DNA of 63,663 nucleotides, counting the filler. It is 20 parts of 20 records of this genome, joined end to end, with 100 filler letters (N's around TTAATTAATTAA, not from the genome) between each part and the next. Parts side by side here need not be neighbours in the genome. Positions count along the whole stretch, not along the records: positions 10,799 to 15,864 come from SRR16133337_97813; positions 15,965 to 18,252 come from SRR16133337_97987; positions 18,353 to 20,709 come from SRR16133337_98331; positions 20,810 to 23,163 come from SRR16133337_98525; positions 23,264 to 26,485 come from SRR16133337_98700; 15 more parts are not named here. One strand, 5' to 3'. The notes beneath the pieces were generated by a model that worked only from the letters and a program-made list of their open reading frames with translations, had not been told where the DNA came from and ran no database searches. Of this stretch, positions 11,742-23,452 are shown piece by piece (position 1 is the stretch's first letter; the number at the start of each line of letters is the position of its first letter). The translations under genes and the position numbers were made by a program.

Positions 11742-12294
11742 TTATTTTCTACTAATCAATGCGACCAAGTCTTCTCTAAATTGGTTTTTGATATGGTTTT
11801 TTAATGCTTTAGAGTCCTCTTCTAAAAAATCCGAAAATCCATCAGTCACTTTTTCTTTCTTTTTTAGGGCACTTAAAGCAACTTCTTTTTCTGCGATTCA
11901 TAAAATAAGCTTATCGATCCTTTCTTCTTCTACGCCTGCCTTGCCTGCTTTTGACATCAGTTCTTTCTTCAACGCTTCTCCGTTTCCCTTTAATTTCCTC
12001 TGTTCGCCAGCATTGATTGCTGATTCTTTTAACGGCGGGAAAATCCTTAAATACAAGCAGTTGAAAGGGTTTTAATCGCTTGATGACATCTGCTGATAAA
12101 TAGGGATGCAGGAAGGCTTGTATATGGACTTTGGATAGGGAATCCAACTTCTCGAGTTTTTTGAGGATAAATCGCCTTGCTTTACAAACGGCGACTGCTT
12201 GTCCCAATGCTTTTAAATTTTGTCGTTCCGACAGCTCAACGATCCTTTTTCTTATGGTTTCTTTGTACTGGTAGTCTTTGAGAAAATTACCCAT
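11742..12294 (-). pseudogene. Degraded ORF for a charged helical protein (frameshift plus in-frame TGA)
   Basis: 5' frame MGNFLKDYQYKETIRKR...; the protein-like reading shifts frame near 12030-12075 and runs ...LKESAINAGE...IDKLIL*IAEKEV...ALISRK* (TGA at 11898-11900). Confidence 0.5.
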
Positions 12295-12457
12295 AAACAA
12301 ATAACCAAGATTCAACATAAAATTAATAGAAGACCTCGTGAAAAACTTAATTTTAAAAAACCTAAAGAAATATTTTTTAAATTAGTAGTCTAATGGTGTA
12401 CTTGTAACTTGAACCTACGATTTGTCTTTCAGACTGTTCTCTTTAGAGAAATTAGTT

Positions 12458-12465
12458 TATTTTTG
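12458..12465 (+). promoter_or_regulatory. Bacteroidetes -7 box (TATTTTTG)
   Basis: TAnnTTTG about 20 nt upstream of ATG 12487; supports that start. Confidence 0.6.
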
Positions 12466-12486
12466 CAGAAACCTATTATTTTTCTG

Positions 12487-13383
12487 ATGAGCATTTATAA
12501 AATTTCAATAGAGACCACAAACAACCCTAACATTGTAAAGTTTATAAGTAACCAAATCCTTACAAAGGGGGGAAGTTACCAATATAATAATGTTGAAGAG
12601 ACAAAGGAGTCGCCTTTGTCAAAGCAATTATTCCATTTGCCTTTTGTTAGCAAGGTTTTTATCAGTGCTAATTTTATTGCGATAGAGAAATTTGACATTC
12701 TTGAATGGGGTGCTATTCAAGAAGAAATCAGAGAATTGGTTGAAATCTATTTAAACCAAGGAAATACGGTTGTAACTGACGTAGCAGTCGCAAAAAAAAG
12801 GGTGGTAGAAATTTATGCAGAAAGTACTCCAAACCCAGAGGTAATGAGGTTTGGAAGCAATAGATTGTTGACAGAAAAAGAGGTTGAATACAAAAACAGG
12901 GAAGCTACAGCAAACTCTCCTTTGGCTACAGAATTATTTAAATATGGATCTGTTAAAGAAGTTTATATTGCGGAGAATTATATTTCCATTACCAAAAATA
13001 AAAGTGTTGAATGGACTTCAACAATCGTAAATGAACTTCGACAATTTATAAAAGCTTATCTTGAAGAAAATAAACGGATTGTTGATGAAATTATTCCTGT
13101 TTCCAAAACAGAAAACCCACAAATAAATATTGAAAAACTGAAAGGGACTTCTCTTGACATTGCTAGAATTTTAGAGGAATATGTAAAACCTGCAGTAGCT
13201 GCTGACGGTGGAAATATCATTTTTCAATCGTATGATGAAGAAACACAAGTTGTAAATGTTATCTTACAAGGAGCCTGTAGTGGATGTCCTTCTTCAACCG
13301 TAACGTTAAAAAACGGAATTGAAACCATGTTAAAAGAAATGATTCCTAATAAAATTAGTGCTGTAGTTGCTGTAAACGGTTAA
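12487..13383 (+). CDS. NifU/Nfu-family Fe-S carrier (two Nfu-N domains plus NifU-C)
   Basis: Duplicated E.T.NP...(K/R)F / SPL...LF domains; C-terminal PAVAADGG and GACSGCPSS. Confidence 0.92.
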   Translation: MSIYKISIETTNNPNIVKFISNQILTKGGSYQYNNVEETKESPLSKQLFHLPFVSKVFISANFIAIEKFDILEWGAIQEEIRELVEIYLNQGNTVVTDVAVAKKRVVEIYAESTPNPEVMRFGSNRLLTEKEVEYKNREATANSPLATELFKYGSVKEVYIAENYISITKNKSVEWTSTIVNELRQFIKAYLEENKRIVDEIIPVSKTENPQINIEKLKGTSLDIARILEEYVKPAVAADGGNIIFQSYDEETQVVNVILQGACSGCPSSTVTLKNGIETMLKEMIPNKISAVVAVNG

Positions 13384-13407
13384 TATATATGCGATCCCAT
13401 TCAACAC

Positions 13408-14136
13408 ATGTCTAAAAAAATCACTCCTTATAAAGATTCTAGTTTGGGTAAAAAAGAGCAAATCGCCCAAATGTTTGATATTATTTCAGAAAATTATGAT
13501 GACTTAAATAGGGTTATCTCTTTTGGGGTTGATGTAAGATGGAGAAAAAAAGTCATCAAACTTGTTGGAGAAAAAAATCCAAAAAAGATCTTAGATATCG
13601 CCACTGGAACGGGAGATTTAGCCATTATGATGTCTAAACTAAATCCTGATAAAATTATTGGCTTGGATATTTCTAAAGGCATGTTAACCGTTGGAAAACA
13701 AAAAATAGCTTTAAAAAAATTGTCAGATCAAATAGACATGGTATTGGGTGATTCTGAAAACATTCCTTTTGAGAATAATTATTTTGATGCGATTACCGTT
13801 TCATTTGGGGTTCGTAATTTTGAAAATTTAGACAAAGGTTTGAAAGAGATTTTTCGCGTCTTAAAACCGGGAGGGATTTTTGTTGTTTTAGAAACGGCTG
13901 TACCTACTAAAACCCCTTATAAACAAGGGTATATGTTACATTCTAAATACCTTTTACCCTTGCTTGGAAAATGGTTCTCTAAAGATAAAATTGCCTATTC
14001 TTATTTGTCAGAATCTGCGAAGGCTTTTCCTTTTGGAAAAGCGTTCAACAGTATTTTACAAAAAAATGGGTTTCGTAATGCCAAAGATATTCCTGTTACA
14101 TTTGGAGTGGCTTGTATTTATACCGCAACAAAATAA
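13408..14136 (+). CDS. menG: Demethylmenaquinone methyltransferase (UbiE/MenG)
   Basis: MFD.I...YD..N, ILDIATGTGD, FGVRNFE, RVLKPGG. Confidence 0.95.
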   Translation: MSKKITPYKDSSLGKKEQIAQMFDIISENYDDLNRVISFGVDVRWRKKVIKLVGEKNPKKILDIATGTGDLAIMMSKLNPDKIIGLDISKGMLTVGKQKIALKKLSDQIDMVLGDSENIPFENNYFDAITVSFGVRNFENLDKGLKEIFRVLKPGGIFVVLETAVPTKTPYKQGYMLHSKYLLPLLGKWFSKDKIAYSYLSESAKAFPFGKAFNSILQKNGFRNAKDIPVTFGVACIYTATK

Positions 14137-14165
14137 ATTTATAAAAAGCTTTCAATTTTAATCCC

Positions 14166-14903
14166 ATGAAAAATAGTATTGTAACCACAACTTTAGTTGT
14201 TTTTTTAATTTCAATAGGGGTTTTTGCTCAAAGAAAAAGATTACATCAATTGCCTAATTTCGACAAACACGAAGTGCATTGGGGATTTTATCTTGGAGTA
14301 AACAGTAGAAATTTCAAATTAGACTATAAAGCAAGCTCTTTTCCTAATACATATATTAGTTTAGACAATCAAATTGGGCTTAATGTAGGATTGATAGCTG
14401 ACATGCGGATAAACGATTCTTTTAATCTTCGTTTAGAACCTGGACTTTCAAGTAATTCTAGTACTCTTAATTTTATAGATAAAAACTTCATAGACGGAAA
14501 TGTGGCTACGAATGTATTCGGAAATCATACGTCTACAGAAATTTCTTCAACGTATTTGCATATCCCCATTTTATTAAAAGTAAGTGGCAGTAGACTTAAT
14601 AATATGAGACCTTATCTTGTGGGTGGTTTTTCTTTTGACTATAATTTTGGAAGTAATCAGAAAAATGTAGATGATAATTTTAGTGGCGAATTTAGAATGC
14701 AAACACATAATTTTATGTATGAAGTAGGTTTTGGGTTTGATTTTTACTTCTATTACTTTAAATTTTCGCCTTCTATCAGAGGTCAGTTTTCCATGACCAA
14801 TGAAGTTTTTTATGACAATACAACTAATGGCTCCAGTCCATGGACAGATCCTATTGACTTTATGGGAACTAGAGGGTTCTTTTTGAAATTTGCTTTTGAA
14901 TAA
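14166..14903 (+). CDS. porT: T9SS outer-membrane beta-barrel PorT/SprT
   Basis: Signal peptide, HWGFYLG, LRLEPGL, YFKFSPSIRG, C-terminal FE; adjacent to ubiE as in Flavobacteriia. Confidence 0.88.
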   Translation: MKNSIVTTTLVVFLISIGVFAQRKRLHQLPNFDKHEVHWGFYLGVNSRNFKLDYKASSFPNTYISLDNQIGLNVGLIADMRINDSFNLRLEPGLSSNSSTLNFIDKNFIDGNVATNVFGNHTSTEISSTYLHIPILLKVSGSRLNNMRPYLVGGFSFDYNFGSNQKNVDDNFSGEFRMQTHNFMYEVGFGFDFYFYYFKFSPSIRGQFSMTNEVFYDNTTNGSSPWTDPIDFMGTRGFFLKFAFE

Positions 14904-14909
14904 GTCTTT

Positions 14910-15065
14910 ATCTGTCTTATTGTCTTGCAGTCATGCAGTCATGCAGTCGGGTTGTCTGTTGTCGGTTGTGAGTCGAAGGACTTTTGACTTCCCATCCTAA
15001 AAGCTCAGAGCAGATCAATTCCACGATTCCACAGTTCAACGATTCAACATTTTTCACTTTCAACT
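14910..15065. repeat. Mosaic of short degenerate tandem repeats (TGCAGTCA x3; TTC(C/A)ACGA-like units) between convergent genes
   Basis: Visible 7-8-nt periodicities. Confidence 0.65.
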
Positions 15066-15792
15066 ATATTCTTTTAAATTCACTTAATAAAATTGCCGTT
15101 GCAGTAGCCACATTCAAACTTTCGACCGCTTGAACTGTTCCAAATCTGGGTATGGTGAGTTGCTTTGTACCCAAACGCTTTATTTCAGGTCTAATTCCAT
15201 TTGCCTCATTCCCCATAATCAAAATAGCTTCTTTTGGCAAGGAACTTTTGTAGGCATTTTCACCTTGCATATTGGCAATATATTTTGGTAAATTGGATTC
15301 TTTTAAGTAAGTTTCTAGATTTATATAATTGATTTGAATACGCGATAAAGAACCCATAGTTGCTTGAACTACTTTCGCATTATAACAGTCTACCGTATCC
15401 AGAGAACATATCAACTGTTCAATTCCAAACCAATCACACAAACGAATAATTGTTCCAAGGTTTCCAGGGTCATGAACCCCCTCTAAAGCAAGAAGCAATC
15501 CTGTTGTTTTCAGTTTTTTTATAGGAGGTATTTTAAACAGTGCCAATACACCATTAGGAGATTTTAAGGAGCTTATTTTTTTTAAATCCTTTTCAGAAAT
15601 TCTTTGAAAACTTGTCTCCTCAAACAAATCACTTACGGATTCGATACCATATAAATTTTTCAATTCAAAAGAGGAAGACAACAATTCTTGAACAACTTTA
15701 ATTCCTTCAGCAACAAATAACTGGTATTTATTTCTATACTTTTTTCGATCTAAACTTTTGATTAGTTTGATTTGATTTTTAGAGACACTCAT
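15064..15792 (-). CDS. TrmH/SpoU-family RNA methyltransferase
   Basis: Likely start MSVSKNQ at 15792; DPGNLGTIIR, MGNEANG, ESLNVA.A motifs. Confidence 0.93.
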   Translation of the reverse strand: MSVSKNQIKLIKSLDRKKYRNKYQLFVAEGIKVVQELLSSSFELKNLYGIESVSDLFEETSFQRISEKDLKKISSLKSPNGVLALFKIPPIKKLKTTGLLLALEGVHDPGNLGTIIRLCDWFGIEQLICSLDTVDCYNAKVVQATMGSLSRIQINYINLETYLKESNLPKYIANMQGENAYKSSLPKEAILIMGNEANGIRPEIKRLGTKQLTIPRFGTVQAVESLNVATATAILLSEFKRI

Positions 15793-15814
15793 ATAAAGAT
15801 TAGGGCTTAGAGAA

Positions 15815-15822
15815 CAAAAATA
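15815..15822 (-). promoter_or_regulatory. Bacteroidetes -7 box (TATTTTTG)
   Basis: TAnnTTTG about 22 nt upstream of the methyltransferase start. Confidence 0.55.
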
Positions 15823-15835
15823 CACTTTTTAAGGA

Positions 15836-15864
15836 TATACTCCGTCCGGTTAGAAACCCGAATT
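15836..15864 (+). repeat. Dispersed element, copy 3 (contig breaks inside it)
   Basis: TATACT ccgtccgg TTAGAAACC CGAATT followed directly by the gap. Confidence 0.75.
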
Positions 15865-16174
15865 NNNNNNNNNNNNNNNNNNNNNNNNNNNNNNNNNNNN
15901 NNNNNNNNTTAATTAATTAANNNNNNNNNNNNNNNNNNNNNNNNNNNNNNNNNNNNNNNNNNNNAAATATTTTTTGCGAAAACTTTTGAAATAACCAGAA
16001 ATTTTTCTCCAACTGAATTTTCGTCAACACTTTTGATATTTCTGGTTTGAGTTCTCAGAGGAGTGAACAGGCACAACATAGCGAAAAACGTGACACCAAT
16101 AAAAAAATTATCACAATACTAAATATTCACTGAATTGTGTATTTGTTGTGGTTAGTATACCGGTCCAAAATCAG

Positions 16175-16794
16175 CTCCTCCGGGGAGAATTGGCTTGGCA
16201 AACGTTGACGCAAATATCGAAACTCAAGCTTCACAACTCTTGGAACGCCGCTTGCATCCATCAGACGCCTTACGAAAAACAAACAATCGTGAATCCTCCA
16301 CAAGCAACACTTCTTCATCTTTACAGTATCATTCTGCACAAGAAAAAAAATTACAAACAACGCAACACCCAGTAAGGCATTCTCCTGCTCGATCGGTACA
16401 TGGATTTAACCTGAGTCCAAAACAATCTACATCAAATTCACAGGTAAAAACTAGATTAGTTCGCAAGACCACACCGCCGCGGTCTTTACCTGCAGCCAGC
16501 CCCAGGGTAAAACTGAAACCTAAACGCAAGAGTGTTGGGCGTGTTGGGCACCTCGCATCAAATGGTTTATCTCCTGGCAAACAAGAATCTGTTCGGATAG
16601 TACACTCGTCGCAGCAACGTTACTCAAAATCACCCACATCTGACGACACATCACGTTCCAATGATATTCGTGACCACAACCATCAATGTTATTCTCCAAA
16701 TAATCCATCCCAGTCGCCAACAACCCCTGGAGGATTCTCACTCTCTCGAGGAGTTCGTTCTAATCAAGGACACAATCACAACTCAATACAAAAG
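16175..16794 (+). CDS. Eukaryotic exon encoding a Ser/Pro/Arg-rich, probably disordered region
   Basis: CAG acceptor ending 16174, AG|GTCAGT donor after 16794; open frame with many SP/TP motifs. Confidence 0.5.
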
Positions 16795-18631
16795 GTCAGT
16801 TCTTTGCACTTGATCATAGAGCGTTTCAAAAAATGTAATCATTTCATCAATATATATTACTTAACCTCTTCATTAGCTGTCGTTTTGTACCATAAAATGA
16901 TGCAACAGTGAAATCAAGCACGTTGTGTGCTTTGGGATGGATAAAACAAAGTTGGGATGTCCAATGAATGATTTTGCAATTTTTAATTAAAATATCCTTG
17001 TGTGAGATGATCACATTTTTTGAAGCTCTTTGAAGAAGTACGAAGATAAACATGTAGTTCACAAGTGCAAAAGTCTAGAATATGCCCTAAAAATATTTTT
17101 CTTTTTCAGATCGGCTATTGCATCGGCATAAAATCTTATCGCTTTCACGCAATCGCGCGATCGTCACGAGATTAGTGAATACATGTGGCATAAGTATTAC
17201 ATTCACAAAATGCATTTTAATTGTATTACCTTCAGAAACATCCACACCAGAAGTGCGTGGCTGACGCCACACGATATCTATAATTTTTTTAGACAGGAGT
17301 TACACACTAACAATGTTGTGGAGATTCAAAGCTTCCAACACCATCTACTGTAGCTGTATTCGCCAGAAAAAAATGAAAATGAAATTATGTAAACACTCCC
17401 CACAAACTGCTTAGACCATAACAACGGATAAACCACTGTGCATGTACCAATGCCTTTAGGGTCACAAATGATAATCAAAATTTTGATTTTCAATGGCTGT
17501 GAGATTTTTGTGTGTTTTAAAATTGATTTGGAATATTAGTTTCATACTAAATTTCAAGATTGCGTTTACATCAAATTTGTGTGCTCAGAGGAACAAAGTG
17601 ATATTGTTATTTTTGCTTCAATTTAGCTTAATTAAGCATATTGGTGTGCGTGGAGTGTAGCGCGTGTTTGATGGATCGTGGTGGGTGAGGTGGCAAGTTC
17701 ATTTTCGAAAGTTTCCCAAAATATTTTTTTACAATTACATTGTTTGTACTTATTATTTTTAAATTTTAAGAAAATGAACCGTACTTTTCACATTGTTAGG
17801 TGGGTGTTCACTGTTTTGAGTGTTTTTAAGTAAGTGCCCTAAATAGCATATGTTGCCTCCACATACTCAAAATCAATTAGCCAAAGTTTTTTCTCCATCT
17901 TTTTGCATTTTTTTTCGTGATCAAAACTTCCTATAACCAAATGTTGGTTCATTCTTTTTTGTTGAAAAGATAAGTTTGTCTCCAGTTCTCTTATTCTTAT
18001 CAAAAATGTAAATGAAACAAAGTGGAAATACACACCGAATTTTGAAGTTGAAAGGGAGGTGGAGTGGGCGTTATAATCTATATGTTTTGCAGTGGAAAAC
18101 CAAACGTTTGATGTACTGTTTTACTTTGCAAATTTAGAATGTTATCAAGATGCATATTTTTATTTTTTTATGGTGCTTGTTGGGACTCCTTGTTTTGTTT
18201 AATTTGCCTTTCAGATAAGAAGCAAAAATTTAATGGAAATGACTTTTCACAANNNNNNNNNNNNNNNNNNNNNNNNNNNNNNNNNNNNNNNNNNNNTTAA
18301 TTAATTAANNNNNNNNNNNNNNNNNNNNNNNNNNNNNNNNNNNNNNNNNNNNCTTGTCACGAACAGACAAATTTGAGGTAAACGTTCCGTCTTGAAATTT
18401 AGTTTGAGGTTAATATTGATAAATCAATTTGTTGGGTGATGCTCTTCGGTGTGTGGTCTTTGTTTTTAGCTTTATAAATCGGGGATCTTTGAAACAGCAC
18501 AACTCGCACTAACAAAGAAAACAATCGACCAACTGCAAAACCTTCAAAACCTACAAATCTCATATGAAAAAATAACACAACTTGAAAGCGTTCTCTTAGA
18601 TAAATTGAATATGTCAAAACGGAAATATAAT

Positions 18632-18964
18632 ATGGCGTCAAAAAGAGTGTTAGAACTCGTTAAAAAGGCAAAAGAAAACATGTGCGCTCAAATTGCAGAT
18701 ATTTCACCAGAAATTTGTTTACATACTCATCATTGGAATTACTGCGTAAATTGGACATGCTCGCACATCAAAAGTGCTCTGAAAAATCGTTGGGAATTTC
18801 ACAGATATACCATGTTTCAAATTAACAATATTCATGACGAAAAGACTAAAAACGCGAATAAAACTTCTTTTGTTGAAATGTACGAAAAAGGTGATGTTGT
18901 GGAATTTGGGATATACTGTATTCATGACCTGTCGGAAATGACTTCGCACAAAAATAATTCATAA
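18632..18964 (+). CDS. Hypothetical intronless protein (~110 aa), unassigned
   Basis: Protein-like ORF (MASKRVLELVKKAKE...) in AT-rich flanks; no recognisable motif. Confidence 0.3.
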   Translation: MASKRVLELVKKAKENMCAQIADISPEICLHTHHWNYCVNWTCSHIKSALKNRWEFHRYTMFQINNIHDEKTKNANKTSFVEMYEKGDVVEFGIYCIHDLSEMTSHKNNS

Positions 18965-21900
18965 AATGTTTCTCATATAAAAATCGATTTAATGACTTTG
19001 TGTGCTTATCTTTTCTCGTTTGAGTCACTTTTAGTGGAAAATATACACAATTTTATAAAATCGGATGACTCGAAGAGGGTGGGAGATAATGTAATTTTCT
19101 AAAAAAAAACTTACAAGTGGAAAACACACATACGCGCGCACTGCCACACCTAAAAACCCAATTATCTAAAAACTCCAATAAACAAATGATAAAGAATTAG
19201 TGTCTTCATAAATTGCAAAACGAAAGAAAAGTAACAACATGTATTTTAGGGATTACTATATTGATTACGTGGCGTGAAACACAAATAATTACACAGTTGT
19301 GCATATTGTGCGTTCAAAACATACCTTGATTTCACCAGTTTCCGATGGTTTGTAGCTGACATACGCCGGTCGGACATCTGTTTTCCCACGAATCTTCGGC
19401 CGCACAACCAAAGTGTGTGATACTTTTCCACCACTATAAAAACAAACATCATATTCAAGTATTAATACATTCAACATTTTCCTAAGCGATATTAGCCGTA
19501 AGTTTAAAGGGAAGTGGGGCTTTATGCGGAGTCACAGTTGAAAATAAATAACATGTTACACGGAACAAAACTAACCAAAAACAACACTTTTGAAACAATC
19601 TGTTGGTTTTGATGGGGTCAGGCACAAAACATTTAACCTTGCTATAAAAATCTACCTAATGATTTTTTCCTCACAACACCGCATTCACCCAAACCACAAA
19701 ATTACACAAGAATTCATAAGAATTTTATTTATAAATGAGCACAAACATAGCGTGGTGTTCGAATTAATATTTTTAACCATGATAAATGATTTTGGTTAAC
19801 TAAAACTCCACAACAGCACTGGCGGAAGTACAAATTTCACATCTTTGGTGTTTTTAATTTACTGGGTGACAACAAAAAAGTTTGAATTCCTCTTCGCTAA
19901 ATAACCACCATTCCACCAACTTTGAAATCTAACAAGGTGTCAGCTTCGATTGTGGCACATGTGCGGAATGGCCTTTCCGCTGAAATTCCCAGCGCAATTG
20001 TGACTGTATCTATAAGTTCAACTATCGTAACGAAAAAAAGAACGATGATTTCATTAAAAATCAATTTGAGTGGATACATTTCTCATAAACATTAGAGAAA
20101 TTTCGTTTGTTATGTAATATATGCGACCACGTTTTGCCTGGTTCGTGCAAAAATCAATTTTGAAAAAAAATTACCAATGCTGCTTAAATATGTAAATTTC
20201 GCCCAATGCGACGTAATCACTTCGTAATTTTTTTTATTTTATGATTCAATGATTAAAATATAATGTAGAATTATAAAATTTGAATGAAATGCGAACATCC
20301 TACATTTCGAAGGGGCTGGAAAGACACCTGTGACCCCAAACAAAATTTTCATCTTGTAAAACAGGATAAATTGCCGGTACTTACGCTTCAATTTGTTGCT
20401 GTTTCACTTCAACGTCACCAAACACTTCACATGATCGTGGCCAGTTGTCTTTCACAGTCACATCGTACGCATCACTAAAGAAAAAAAAGAATAACAAAAC
20501 TAAAATTCTCATAACATTAAACATGTTACTGACTTTTGTTACTTTATGTTGCTGGTATGGTACATCGTGAATTTTGCTGCTACAGTAGTGTCATTGAAAT
20601 CTCCTCTTCTTTGAGAAGAGCAACAAAATGTAATCTTTTTAGAATTTTACAGTTACATTGACTTCAAATTATAATTACAAGTATATCAATGAATAACCCC
20701 ACCCCACCCNNNNNNNNNNNNNNNNNNNNNNNNNNNNNNNNNNNNNNNNNNNNTTAATTAATTAANNNNNNNNNNNNNNNNNNNNNNNNNNNNNNNNNNN
20801 NNNNNNNNNGATTCGAAATTGAAAGTTATTGTGGAAAAAATATTTTTGAAGAATCGGGACACTTTCCACAAATTTTAATGTATCTCGTTTGTTGTCCGTG
20901 TGCATGGTTAGTCTAGAACAAAAATGCTACAACTCAAACAGATGGTACTGTTGTGCAGTGAAAAGGGAGTTTGAAATTAGTGACCAATGAATATCGGTAG
21001 CTGTTTGCAAAAGCACAGGTGGTAAGCTTGGTGGTACAAATATAACACAGTATCGAGATGTTCTATACGTTGCTTTTCATACAATGTTATCATAAAAATG
21101 CAACATGAAAATAAATCTGCTGTCCGTGGTCACACCGGGGCTTTCGTTTTATTAAGTTGTAACTAAAAACAAAAAAGAAAAGCAAAACAAAACTAAAAAC
21201 AAACAACAAAATACAAAGTCCTATTTTCTGGCAAGCGGTAGAACTGACGAACTTAAAAACTTATGCATTGAAATCCCCTACAATATAGAGAAAAACACCA
21301 ATTTTTTCAAAAAATACACTTTGAATGAAAATATACAGTGAACAAATAGGCGATATTTCTCTTATTTTCCCCGAAACAGAAAGCAATGCAAAAAAAAAAA
21401 CATCCAGAACGAAGCACCAAACTCCTGGCCTTTGGTCCCCAAAATTACGTCATAAGCTTGCAAAAGCAAGCCATTCAACAATAAAAAAATGTAGTGACTC
21501 CTAAATTAGACCCCACCGTCAAACTCACGGAGTGTTCGACTTGCCACTGCTCAGAGCTACTTTTCGACTCCCACCCACACCAAATTTACCAGCGTCAAAT
21601 GGTAGTCATTTTCGTTTATTTTCTTTTCGGAAAATTGGATTCCAACACCCGAAATCCCCTATTTCTGTCATTTTTGCGAAAATTCGCGTTAGAACATGTA
21701 CGAAAATAGGTTGGAAACGACAATAAACAAACAATTCCTTCTCTCAACACAATTTTTCTTCCGACAATCCTCAACTAAGACCTCAACTAAGACAACGCGC
21801 TTTTGTGTTCAACTCCTCAACAGACTTCAAAACATCTTCACAGTGCTCACAATCCCTGCCCTACAAACAAGTCAACGCTAAAACAAAGCAAATTGCCCTC

Positions 21901-22420
21901 AAGTTGCAGAAGAGACGGAATCGAAGAAGGTGCACAAAAGTACAGGTAAAGACCCTCACTACTCTCTCCACTCCCACTCACCTTTTGAAGCTTCAAAGCA
22001 AGCTCTGACAACTTTGGTGTGTTTCTGCTTCTTTAGACCTTAGCAAAGCGCCTCGCGTAGCCGCCTCGCGTTGTAGACGGGACGTAGGTCCTCCAGACCA
22101 ACAACACAGGAGCACTCCCCGTCATCGGTGTGGTACTACTTCAGTAATGTGTCAAACGGTGCCAACCAAATCAACTCCCCCTCACAACACAACGAGTTTG
22201 CCGTATTCTTTGAACCCACAGCTCGGTCATCACTAATACCCAGGTGTGTTCACATTTCTTAAAATTAATAACGGAACGGTTGCGGTGTTTTTTTAAAAAA
22301 TTATTATTTGGGTTCCAACTCTTTCTTGTGTTGTTCGAGATCAGAAAAGGACAATGAATTTTTTCACTTTTTTTGGTGGTGATCAAGAGACGAAATTAGT
22401 CAAGGGACACAGCTCCACCG

Positions 22421-22654
22421 AAAATTCACTTTTGGTGTACCTTTTTGGCATTGAAGAAACTTTTTGGTGCCATAGGCATGCTTTTGGTGTGTGTTGAGAG
22501 ATAAAAAAGTGAAATTATCGACTGACAAACGGAGTGCCACTAATTTGTAATTTGGGGCGAGCACGATGTCCACCAAAAATTCACTTTTGGTGTGCCTTTT
22601 TGGCATCATCGGAATATTTGATCTTTTCAAGATAAACTTTTCGGTGCCATTGGC
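22421..22654. repeat. Imperfect direct repeat, ~156-nt period
   Basis: AAAATTCACTTTTGGTGT(A/G)CCTTTTTGGCAT at 22421 and 22577, each followed by AAACTTTT(T/C)GGTGCCAT. Confidence 0.75.
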
Positions 22655-23452
22655 AGTTGGTTTGAGGGAGAATGCACGTTCTGGAGAACCAGCTGAAAAA
22701 ATAAGTCCCTAATTTTGAGTCCCCAGCCTCAATCAAAAAATTACTGTGTCGTAGACAACCCTTTGAGTTCCTGATCGTTTTGGTATCAAACCACATTTTT
22801 GCTGCTCCGTTCCTCCAACCAAATCGACTTAATATGAGCAATTTTTCATGAACACACACACACACACCAAATGACAAGTCAGCGCATAAATTTTCGTTAC
22901 TGGATTTTCACATTTTTGTTTGTTTTTCACTTAGCCAAATACACTCTTGACCCACCAATGGGATCATCAGATTCTGGTCTGGTGTAGGGAAGATACAGCG
23001 CCAAGAGGATAATTATACAAGAGGAGTGATCGTCATTAAGGCGGACAACCGAGAAGATCTCGTGCCATCGTCAACAAATGGATAGACGGATCAACGAAAT
23101 AACACAGATAAGTGCCATAACCACATGCCACCCACATGTGACGAGTGTGAATTAAAAAAGAGGNNNNNNNNNNNNNNNNNNNNNNNNNNNNNNNNNNNNN
23201 NNNNNNNTTAATTAATTAANNNNNNNNNNNNNNNNNNNNNNNNNNNNNNNNNNNNNNNNNNNNTTAGCCGCGTCAAATCATACATGTAAAAATATTAACG
23301 AGAATTTTCATTTTCAGAAATTGTTGATTCCAAAGTAAGTTGTGAATGGAATCTCACAAGAAAAAAACACTTAAAAAATCTCACAAGAATTTCTATTTGA
23401 TGAAAAGTACTCGTGTTTCCCCTTGAAAAAACAAAACAAGCGAGACACTGAC

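Noticed and set aside
21860..22070. Histone H3-like words (TKQIA..., KAPR)
   Set aside because: The two words are not in one spliced frame and no histone fold follows.
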